Part shown: in pieces, positions 17,155-24,090 of the stretch
Position numbering within the stretch: position 1 is the stretch's first letter
Layout of the letters: every line of letters starts with the position of its first letter
NCBI GenBank assembly: GCA_041752695.1
Contig: JBGSVZ010000103.1
Span: 1 to 26,991 of the forward strand
Reading direction: 5' to 3'
Origin: Terrimicrobiaceae bacterium
GTDB taxonomy: Bacteria; Verrucomicrobiota; Verrucomicrobiia; Chthoniobacterales; Terrimicrobiaceae
Length of the DNA: 26,991 nucleotides
Made by a program: the position numbers and the translations under genes
The notes under the pieces: generated by a model
The model's database searches: none
The model's input: only the letters and a program-made list of their open reading frames with translations
Told to the model about the DNA's origin: nothing

Positions 17155-17885
17155 AGGACGTCGCGCCCGTTGTAGCCGTTGGCGCTGATCAGGGCGAGAA
17201 TGTGAGTGGTGGCGGCTTCGAGGTCGGAAATGGCCGCCTGAGCTTTGCTGCGGTAAAAGGCATAAGCCGCCATCGCGGGAATGCCCACCAGAAGCCCCGC
17301 GGCGGTGGCAATGAGGGCTTCACCGATGCCTTGCGCCAGCATGGTGGGACGGGTGGCGGCGGCATCCACGGCGACGACCCCGAAGGATTGGATAATGCCC
17401 ATCACGGTGCCGAGAAGCCCGAGCATGGGGGCGACCGTCCCGATATCGGCCAGCCAGGTGACCTGCTGGTTCAGCGCGCTGGCCTGCCGCAAGCCTTCCG
17501 TTTGCGCGATGTCGCGGGCCTCGGCCATGGTGGCCTTCGGGTTTTTGGTGAGAAATTCCACCGTCCGCTGCATCACCCGGGCCACACCTTCATTGTGGCG
17601 GTTGGAAATGGCCAGCAGGCCGAGGTAATCCTTTTTGCGGATGAGCGCGTCCGCTGTGGTCATGTAGCGCCGGCTCACCATCGCGCCCCGGCGCATGGAA
17701 AAGAAAAAGATCACCATCAGCATCACGGTGATGACCGAAAGGACACCCAGCGGATACATCATCACTCCGCCGGCCTGGATAAGATGCAGGAGATTGGTGG
17801 GTTGAACGGCCTCAGCCGCGGCCTCCTCGGCAAGAAGTGGGGAGGTGGTGGCGAGGAAAAAGAGCGTCGCGTGGACGGATTTCAT
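17151..17885 (-). CDS. exbB: MotA/TolQ/ExbB proton channel family protein
   Basis: LADIGTVAPMLGLLGTVMGIIQSF and GIGEALIATAAGLLVGIPA. Confidence 0.92.
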   Translation of the reverse strand: MKSVHATLFFLATTSPLLAEEAAAEAVQPTNLLHLIQAGGVMMYPLGVLSVITVMLMVIFFFSMRRGAMVSRRYMTTADALIRKKDYLGLLAISNRHNEGVARVMQRTVEFLTKNPKATMAEARDIAQTEGLRQASALNQQVTWLADIGTVAPMLGLLGTVMGIIQSFGVVAVDAAATRPTMLAQGIGEALIATAAGLLVGIPAMAAYAFYRSKAQAAISDLEAATTHILALISANGYNGRDVL

Positions 17886-17929
17886 GAAGTGCCGTTAAAA
17901 TAGTGCCTTCCCGGCTGGGCGCAAGCGTG

Positions 17930-17938
17930 TGCTATAAT
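17930..17938 (+). promoter_or_regulatory. Extended -10 promoter element for uvrC
   Basis: TGcTATAAT is an exact TGnTATAAT match, 5 nt before the uvrC ATG. Confidence 0.65.
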
Positions 17939-17943
17939 CGATT

Positions 17944-19584
17944 ATGCCCGCCGACTTTCAGGCCCAACTCCGCGACGTCCCGCACAAGCCGGGGGTTTAT
18001 GTGATGCGCGACCGTCTCAAACGCGTCATTTACGTGGGAAAAGCCCGTGATCTGCGCAAGCGTCTGGCCAATTATTTCACCCCGTCCCGCGCCGCCCAGG
18101 CCGATGTGAAAACCCGCGCCCTGATCGACAGCATCTGGGAATTTGAATTCCACATCGTCAAAAGTGACGCCGAGGCCGTTCTTTACGAAGGTCGCCTCAT
18201 CAAGGAATTCCGCCCGAAGTACAACATCAGTTTTCGGGACGACAAACGCTTCCTCCTTGTTCGTGTGAACCTCAACGAACCCTGGCCGCGTTTTGGCCTC
18301 ACCCGCCTGCGCAAGGACGACGGGGCCCGGTACTTCGGACCTTTCGCGCACAGCGGTGCCCTCCGTTCAACGCTCAACGCCGTCCGCAAACGCTTCGGCA
18401 TCCGCTCCTGCCGACCCCCCGAGCCTGGCGAACGCGACTTCAAACACTGCATGGATGCGGTGATCAAAAATTGCGCCGCCCCCTGCGTGGCTCGCATCAC
18501 CCGCGAGGACTATCTCAAGCGCGTTGAGGCCGCCTGCGAACTGCTCGATGGCGAGGCCTCCCACATGATCGAGCAGGTCGAGGCGGAGATGAAAAAGGCC
18601 GCGGAGAAATTGGATTTTGAGAAAGCCGCCCAACTGCGGAATCTGCTCGACGACCTGCGGAAAACGACCAAGCCGATGACTCGTTTCACCCGAAAGGTCC
18701 TGCCCTCCGCGATTGATCCCGCCGCCGACCTCATCGCCCTCGCCGACGCCCTGCAACTTGGCCGGCCGCCCCGCGTGATGGAATGTTTCGACATTTCCAA
18801 TATCTCGAACACCCACATCGTCGCCAGCATGGTGCGCTTCAAGGATGGCGTTCCCGACCGCGCGAATTACCGCCGGTATCGCATCCGCACCACCGCCGGA
18901 CAAAACGATTTCGCCAGCATGGCAGAGGTCGTCCGCCGCCGTTACAGCCGGGTGCTCCGCGAGGGCGGAGAGAAGATGGAAGATCGGAGATGGGAGATCG
19001 GAGATGGGAGATCGGAAGCACCTGCGCCGAAGCGCACCACCCGCAAATACCAGCTCGGCGGACCCGTCGTGGACACCTCTCCGGAGTTCAGCCAGCTCCC
19101 GCCAGCGGAAATCCTCAATCAACCATCAACCATCAACAATCCGAACCCCAGCCTTCCCGATCTGATCATCGTGGACGGGGGGAAGGGCCAGCTTTCCAGC
19201 GCCTGCGGAGAACTTCAGCGCCTGCAACTTTACGACCAGCCGATCATCGGGCTCGCCAAGGAGTTTGAGGAAATCTACCGCCCCGGTCGTCCGCTCCCCT
19301 TGCGGCTGCCGGAGGACAGCGGTGCCCTGAAGCTCTTGCAGCGTATTCGCGACGAGGCCCACCGTTTTGCCAATGGCTACCACAGCCTCCTGCTCAAGAA
19401 ACGCATCAGTGAAAGTGTGCTCGACGACATCCCGGGCGTGAGCGAGGCTCGCAAAAAGGCGCTCCTGGCCGAATTTGGGTCGGTCGAACGTCTCAAAAAA
19501 GCACCCGCCGAAAAACTGGCCGCCGTCCCCGGCATCGGTCCGCGCCTCGGCGAACAGATCGCGGAATACCTCGCCCGCTCGTAA
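17944..19584 (+). CDS. uvrC: Excinuclease ABC subunit C
   Basis: GIY-YIG domain (PGVYVM...IYVGKARDLRKRL, PKYN), Cys cluster, UVR motif LDFEKAAQLRN, ECFDISN, NDFASMAEVVRRRY, PDLIIVDGGKGQL, LQRIRDEAHRFA, C-terminal HhH (IPGVSE, VPGIG). Confidence 0.96.
   Translation: MPADFQAQLRDVPHKPGVYVMRDRLKRVIYVGKARDLRKRLANYFTPSRAAQADVKTRALIDSIWEFEFHIVKSDAEAVLYEGRLIKEFRPKYNISFRDDKRFLLVRVNLNEPWPRFGLTRLRKDDGARYFGPFAHSGALRSTLNAVRKRFGIRSCRPPEPGERDFKHCMDAVIKNCAAPCVARITREDYLKRVEAACELLDGEASHMIEQVEAEMKKAAEKLDFEKAAQLRNLLDDLRKTTKPMTRFTRKVLPSAIDPAADLIALADALQLGRPPRVMECFDISNISNTHIVASMVRFKDGVPDRANYRRYRIRTTAGQNDFASMAEVVRRRYSRVLREGGEKMEDRRWEIGDGRSEAPAPKRTTRKYQLGGPVVDTSPEFSQLPPAEILNQPSTINNPNPSLPDLIIVDGGKGQLSSACGELQRLQLYDQPIIGLAKEFEEIYRPGRPLPLRLPEDSGALKLLQRIRDEAHRFANGYHSLLLKKRISESVLDDIPGVSEARKKALLAEFGSVERLKKAPAEKLAAVPGIGPRLGEQIAEYLARS
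18972..19013 (+). repeat. Six tandem heptamers G(A/G)AGAT(G/C) inside uvrC
   Basis: GAAGATG GAAGATC GGAGATG GGAGATC GGAGATG GGAGATC = 42 bp, which preserves the frame. Confidence 0.85.
19114..19141 (+). repeat. Three to four tandem heptamers AAC(C/A)ATC inside uvrC
   Basis: CTCAATC AACCATC AACCATC AACAATC. Confidence 0.75.
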
Positions 19585-19604
19585 CCTGGGACTAAGAAAT
19601 AGGA

Positions 19605-19683
19605 ACCGCGGATTTCGCGGATTTCGCAGATGGGAGAGCATATGGCGTCCTTCCTTATCCGCGTTCATCGCGACATCCGCGGT
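19605..19683. repeat. 79-bp palindromic element with 27-bp inverted arms of 9-nt units; possible bidirectional terminator
   Basis: Left arm ACCGCGGAT TTCGCGGAT TTCGCAGAT (19605-19631). Reverse complement of right arm (19657-19683) is ACCGCGGAT GTCGCGATG AACGCGGAT (20/27). Lies between convergent genes. Confidence 0.8.
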
Positions 19684-19717
19684 CGATTCTCTTCTGGTTC
19701 TTTCTGGCGAAGCCGCC

Positions 19718-20134
19718 CTACTTCTGGATTTCCGCGCGAACCTCTGCCGCCGCTTGGGGAGAAAAGGGCTCCCGGCGGCTGCCGAATTCGCTGCGCACAT
19801 AAACCACCAGCGCGGCCACCTCTTCGTCGCGCAGATAGGCCTGCGCGGGCATGATGCCGTTGAATTTTTCCCCACCCTTCATGCTCACGCCCTGACGGCC
19901 GGCAAGAATGACGCGGGCCAGGGCCTTGGGGGGTTCGGCCAGCACGGGGGACCCCTTCAGGTCGGGCGCGGCGGGATTGCCGGAACCGTCGTAATGGCAC
20001 TGCGCGCAACTTTGCTCATAGAGAGCCTTGCCTTGCTCGAGTTGTTCGATGAGGTTCGCCGCCGGGGCCGTACCGCGTTCTTCGGAACACGCACACAGCG
20101 CCAACGCTCCAAGACTTATGAAAAACTTTCGCAA
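19718..20134 (-). CDS. Monohaem c-type cytochrome, probable lipoprotein
   Basis: GKALYEQSCAQCH (CxxCH), PDLKGS, distal Met in FNGIMPAQ, DEEVAALVVYVRSEFG. Lipoprotein-like signal MRKFFISLGALALCAC from TTG 20134 (alternative GTG 20143). Confidence 0.85.
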   Translation of the reverse strand: MRKFFISLGALALCACSEERGTAPAANLIEQLEQGKALYEQSCAQCHYDGSGNPAAPDLKGSPVLAEPPKALARVILAGRQGVSMKGGEKFNGIMPAQAYLRDEEVAALVVYVRSEFGSRREPFSPQAAAEVRAEIQK

Positions 20135-21299
20135 GCGTCTCACTATCCGCAGGTCCGCGGCATTTTCGAGCAGTTTCTGTCTCCTGCTGGCCACCCTGCT
20201 TCCTGTCGCGGCGGGCCAGCCCGACCCGAATAAGGTGGTGAAATCGGAGGAAGCGGATTTCCGCGTCGAAACCTTCGCCGAAGGTCTCGATAGTCCCTGG
20301 GGCATGGTAAAGCTCCTGGACGGCCGGTTTCTTGTGACCGAACGTTCCGGAAAGTTGCGGGTGATCGAAAATGGCAAGCTGCTCCCCGCACCCGTCGAGG
20401 GCATCCCTGCCGTCGCCGCGGGGGGCCAGGGTGGGCTGCTCGACATTCGTTTGCACCCGGACTACGCGAAAAACGGCTGGATCTACCTCGCCTTTTCCAA
20501 ACCTCTCGAAAAAGGACCGCTCACCTCCATTGTTCGCGGCCGCCTGAAGGGCAATCGCTTTGAGCAGGTGGAAACCATTTTCGAACCGCCCGCCGAAGAA
20601 GGGTCCGGCGGCGGAAACCACTTTGGATGCCGGATTGTCTTTGATGGCAAGGGTCATGTTTTTTTCTCCATCGGCGACCGCGGGGATACCACCACGCCCG
20701 CGAACCAAGCGCAGCGGCTCGACAATGTGAAGGGCAAAGTCCACCGCCTCAACGACGACGGCTCCGTGCCCGCCGACAATCCCTTTGTCAACAAAACCGG
20801 CGCCCGCTCATCCATCTGGTCCTACGGCAACCGCAACCCCCAGGGCCTTGCCATCCAGCCGGGCAGCGGGCTGCTTTGGGAAACCGAGCACGGACCCCGC
20901 GGTGGCGACGAACTTAATATTATTCGCAAGGGTGAAAATTACGGCTGGCCGATTGTCACCTTTGGCATCAATTACAGCGGCAAGCCTATTAGCGAACGCA
21001 CGTCCGAGGCGGGCATGCGCGATCCGGTGAAACATTGGACGCCCTCGCCGGCAGTTTGCGGCATGGCGTTTTACACCGGACGGGCGTTTCCGAAATGGGA
21101 GGGAAATTTATTTGTCTCCGCCTTGGCCCACACCAAGATCTTCCGCCTCAAACTCGACGGCGAGACGGTGGCCCACCAGGAGGAACTTCTCGGGGGCTCC
21201 GGGCGCGTGCGCGACGTGCGCTGTTTCGACGACGGATTTCTCTACGTGATCTACGACCAGGGAAAAATTGTCCGTCTGGTTCCGGCTTCCGGGAGTTGA
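20118..21299 (+). CDS. PQQ-dependent glucose/sorbosone-type sugar dehydrogenase (GSDH/YliI-like beta-propeller)
   Basis: GLDSPWGM, LVTERSG, GQGGLLDI.LHPDY, HFGCRIVF, IGDRG, GSVPADNPF, YGNRNPQGL, EHGPRGGDELN, NYGWP, RVRDV. Signal peptide follows ATG 20118. Confidence 0.92.
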   Translation: MKNFRKRLTIRRSAAFSSSFCLLLATLLPVAAGQPDPNKVVKSEEADFRVETFAEGLDSPWGMVKLLDGRFLVTERSGKLRVIENGKLLPAPVEGIPAVAAGGQGGLLDIRLHPDYAKNGWIYLAFSKPLEKGPLTSIVRGRLKGNRFEQVETIFEPPAEEGSGGGNHFGCRIVFDGKGHVFFSIGDRGDTTTPANQAQRLDNVKGKVHRLNDDGSVPADNPFVNKTGARSSIWSYGNRNPQGLAIQPGSGLLWETEHGPRGGDELNIIRKGENYGWPIVTFGINYSGKPISERTSEAGMRDPVKHWTPSPAVCGMAFYTGRAFPKWEGNLFVSALAHTKIFRLKLDGETVAHQEELLGGSGRVRDVRCFDDGFLYVIYDQGKIVRLVPASGS

Positions 21300-21305
21300 T
21301 CAACC

Positions 21306-21327
21306 GGAGCGCGGGCATCCTGCCGGC
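21306..21327 (+). repeat. Single REP-like palindrome
   Basis: GGAG-C-GCGGGCA-TCC-TGCCGGC: tetranucleotide followed by an imperfect 7-bp stem, 6 nt after the dehydrogenase stop. Confidence 0.55.
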
Positions 21328-21412
21328 TGAGGTGCGGCAAGCGGGACTGTCAAAGGGTCGGGCGGTTGATTTGCGGCTTGAGAGGGAGGGCCGGTTGTGG
21401 GAGGGTCCGGGC

Positions 21413-21601
21413 ATGAGCACCGTTCAAGATATCGAGGCTGCGATTCCCCGGCTCTCTCGCGCGGAGGTTGAGGAACTTCGGGAATGGATCGAGGATTATC
21501 TGGAGGACTCGCTGGAGCTGACCGATGAGGTAAAGGCAAAGCTCGATCAATCGCGTCGCGAGATTGCCGAAGGCCGGTTTACCACCCGCCAGCCCGGATA
21601 G
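21413..21601 (+). CDS. Putative addiction-module antitoxin (62 aa)
   Basis: MSTVQDIEAAIPRLSRAEVEELREWIEDYLED...LDQSRREIAEGR is a small acidic protein of the pattern found upstream of RelE/ParE toxins. GGGAGG lies upstream of ATG 21413. Confidence 0.75.
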   Translation: MSTVQDIEAAIPRLSRAEVEELREWIEDYLEDSLELTDEVKAKLDQSRREIAEGRFTTRQPG

Positions 21602-21604
21602 GCC

Positions 21605-21772
21605 ATGGCTGCGGCGTTGCAAGTCTGGTCGGAAACGTTTTCCCACCAGCGTTTGCAGGGCCGCATCTACCTGCACTATGTGGGCAACAGGCGCGAAATT
21701 TATAAGCGCCTTTGGACGTCACCGCTGATGGAATCGCTCCGCATGAGAAGGTTCATGAAACGACTCATGTGA
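21605..21772 (+). pseudogene. Internally deleted RelE/ParE-family toxin remnant (55-aa ORF, below the ORF-track cut-off)
   Basis: Translates as MAAALQVWSETFS-HQRLQG-RIYLHYVGNRREIYKR-LWTSPLMESLRMRRFMKRLM. It has a RelE-like C-terminus (cf. VGHRREIY) and an RLQG segment, but lacks the helical hairpin and the RLRVGDYRxxY core. Starts 3 nt after the antitoxin stop. Confidence 0.65.
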
Positions 21773-21787
21773 CCGCTGTCTCTGACC

Positions 21788-22723
21788 TCAGTCGTGTGGG
21801 GAGTTCTTGCTGTTTTTCGGTCGAGCCAGTTTGGGGCCCGGGACGATGTCATCGTCGGAATTTGCAATTCTCCAAAGTCGTCCGCTGATTATCGCGACTT
21901 GCTTGTCGCCGGAGGTGGCGGGATGGAGCCTTAAAGCGATGGACTCCCCTCTCCCGGGAATTGGCGCACCAAGTTTTTCGGCAATCTCACAATGGGCCCG
22001 AAACTGACCAAGAATAATCACTCCTTCCGGTCGGAGTGCTGTTCTGGCACCTCCATTGCCGCGCACGCGCTTCATGTAATCGTCCTGCTGAGCAACGGTG
22101 GCAACAACCCCGCGTCCGACCCTATGTCCAAGGGTATTCCTGAAGAGTTCGTTAATCCTCTTCTGACCCGATCCCAAGCCCATGATTTTGTTGACGATGG
22201 TTCGATCAAGCTGGAGGAGGACATTTGGTGGAAGGATCCCGTTTTCGAAAATCCAATCAATTGCGGCTCTTCCCGCTGCATTGAGTTTCGCTTTGCCATC
22301 CCGATTCTTTGCGCCCAAAAGTGAGGCATCTGGACGTATAATTCCCATTTTCCACGCTGAACTTTCATCGTGAGCCCAGACAAGCAGGCAAAGATGTCCG
22401 AGAGCTTCGGGCGGAATCATCCAGCCGTAGAGTTCCTGGGTGTATTTGCAATCGACCTCCATCTCCGCGATGCAGTAGTCGAGTAGAGTGCCGTCTTGAA
22501 ACTTGAACTCGCGGTGCAAATTGATTTCGACCAGCGTTCCACAGTGGGTTTTCTCTGTCTTGTAGAGCTGTTCCCACCGGTATCTTCCGGTTCGTTGCCC
22601 GTCATACAATTGATCAATCGTATTGCGCAAAACGCTCGCGATGCGCTCTCCGTTAGGGTCGCTTCTTTTCAGGGTCTCGCAAACGGCCGCGAGCCCGTTG
22701 TCTGCCGATCTCCCGGCGGTCAT
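21788..22723 (-). CDS. NaeI-family Type II(E) restriction endonuclease (probable GCCGGC specificity)
   Basis: DQLYDGQRTGR, KTEKTHCGTLVEINLHREF, DY.I....VDCK, WMIPPE, NRDGK, ATVAQQDDYMKRVRGNGGAR..LRPEGVIILG closely follow R.NaeI as I recall it, with catalytic E/D/D-x-K residues present. Confidence 0.9.
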   Translation of the reverse strand: MTAGRSADNGLAAVCETLKRSDPNGERIASVLRNTIDQLYDGQRTGRYRWEQLYKTEKTHCGTLVEINLHREFKFQDGTLLDYCIAEMEVDCKYTQELYGWMIPPEALGHLCLLVWAHDESSAWKMGIIRPDASLLGAKNRDGKAKLNAAGRAAIDWIFENGILPPNVLLQLDRTIVNKIMGLGSGQKRINELFRNTLGHRVGRGVVATVAQQDDYMKRVRGNGGARTALRPEGVIILGQFRAHCEIAEKLGAPIPGRGESIALRLHPATSGDKQVAIISGRLWRIANSDDDIVPGPKLARPKNSKNSPHD

Positions 22724-22947
22724 GAGTTTTCCGCCTCCTCGATAAGCTCGGAGAGAGTGTGGCCGAGGGATTTTGCCAGCCGCGCAGCGACATTCAGTGT
22801 CGGATTACGAATTCCTCGTTCCACCATGCTGACGTAGGTGGGATGGAGTTTTGCCAATTCAGCAAGCCGTTCTTGCGACATGCCGATGCCGACCCGGTGT
22901 TGGCGCACGACCGAGCCGAATCGATTCGAGAGAAAAGACGCAGGCAT
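22720..22947 (-). CDS. XRE/Cro-C1 HTH protein, probable R-M controller (C) protein
   Basis: FGSVVRQHR...MSQERLAELAKLHPTYVSMVERGIRNPTLNVAARLA. ATGA overlap with the REase start, the classic C-R arrangement. Confidence 0.88.
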   Translation of the reverse strand: MPASFLSNRFGSVVRQHRVGIGMSQERLAELAKLHPTYVSMVERGIRNPTLNVAARLAKSLGHTLSELIEEAENS

Positions 22948-22981
22948 GGACGGTCGTTTTCCCAGTCATCGCGACAGTCGT

Positions 22982-22994
22982 CCATAGACTATGG
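22982..22994. promoter_or_regulatory. Candidate controller-protein operator (C-box-like palindrome)
   Basis: Perfect CCATAG-A-CTATGG, 34 nt upstream of the C gene ATG, with extra AGTC/GACT half-sites at 22964, 22976 and 22987. Confidence 0.5.
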
Positions 22995-23048
22995 TATGTG
23001 ATTGTCGATGAAGGGCGGAAGCTCCGCTCACGCGTTGTCAGCGTTCGA

Positions 23049-24089
23049 TCAAGATTTCGCCTTTTTTGCGGTGCCTCGCCTCGGCGGCTTTTCGGGCTCC
23101 TCGAGGAGACGTGGTTCCATTTCGGCTTCGGGCGAACTCTGAAGGTATCCCGTTTGCCTTTCAAACGCCGCACGGATGGAACGCCCGACGGCTTTTGCGA
23201 CCAACGGAGGAAAGGCGTTCCCGACCTGCCGATACTGGACGGTCTTTTTGCCTGCAAATTTCCAGTCATCCGGAAATCCCTGAATTCGGGCGACCATGGG
23301 AACCGTGAGTCTGGGTGCGGCGTTCGGATCCAACGTGGCAGTCGGTGGCGCGTCGGCGATGCCCATGCCGTCCACGCCCAACTCGAGCCATTGCCTTTTC
23401 GCGCGCGTTGGACCGAGGTCGGGACCCCCGTGTTTTTTTGAACCGCCGACAAGGGTGGGGGCGATCCGATTGGCACGCGCAGCCCATGATTGAGCCCCAG
23501 GCCAGCCGTTTGCACCCATGAGGTCGATCAGCGTCTCCCCCACCGTCTTGCGTTTCGCGAGAGGCGACGGCCAACGGAAGCACTCGGCGTCGCGCGGTCT
23601 AAGGGCGACAAGAATGAAGCGTGGTCGGAGTTGGGGAACCCCAAAGTCGGCCGCTTGGAGGACTTTCCATTCCGGTTGATAGCCGAGTTTGAAAAGCTGA
23701 TTTTCGAGATTCTTGCGGTAATCGGCAAACTTTGCAGTGGCCAAGCCCTGAACATTTTCGAAGAGAACGCCGCGAGGTTTGGCCCCTTCGACGATAGCCA
23801 GGGCGGTGGGGAACATGTCGCGCTCGTCATCACTTCCCAATTGCTTGCCTGCGACGCTGAAAGGGGGGCAGGGCACGCCCGCCGCCAGAAGGTCCAAGCC
23901 GGTGAAGTCTTTCGCGCGCAGATTGCGAATATCCTGTTGAATCACATTCCACCTGGGGCGGTTCCCCCGAAGAGTCGCACAGAATTGGGGTTCGTATTCG
24001 ACCACACCAGTGTGATCGAACCCGGCCATCTCCAACCCGAGGGCTTGGCCGCCACCTCCAGCGCAGAGTTCGAGTGTGGTAAAATTCAT
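23049..24089 (-). CDS. DNA (cytosine-5)-methyltransferase, M.NaeI/M.NgoMIV-like
   Basis: Motif I LELCAGGGG, IV GVPCPPFS, VI ENV, VIII QLRPRFILV, target-recognition region APTLVGGSKKHGGPDLGPTRAK, IX ARIQGFPDDW, X YRQVGNAFPP. Confidence 0.95.
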   Translation of the reverse strand: MNFTTLELCAGGGGQALGLEMAGFDHTGVVEYEPQFCATLRGNRPRWNVIQQDIRNLRAKDFTGLDLLAAGVPCPPFSVAGKQLGSDDERDMFPTALAIVEGAKPRGVLFENVQGLATAKFADYRKNLENQLFKLGYQPEWKVLQAADFGVPQLRPRFILVALRPRDAECFRWPSPLAKRKTVGETLIDLMGANGWPGAQSWAARANRIAPTLVGGSKKHGGPDLGPTRAKRQWLELGVDGMGIADAPPTATLDPNAAPRLTVPMVARIQGFPDDWKFAGKKTVQYRQVGNAFPPLVAKAVGRSIRAAFERQTGYLQSSPEAEMEPRLLEEPEKPPRRGTAKKAKS

Positions 24090-24090
24090 T

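Noticed and set aside
17886..17943. LexA/SOS box upstream of uvrC
   Set aside because: No CTGT-N8-ACAG, GAAC-N4-GTTC or TGTTC-N4-GAACA palindrome is visible.
21300..24090. Transposon or prophage carrying the R-M islet
   Set aside because: No transposase, integrase, terminal inverted repeats or flanking direct repeats were found by eye.
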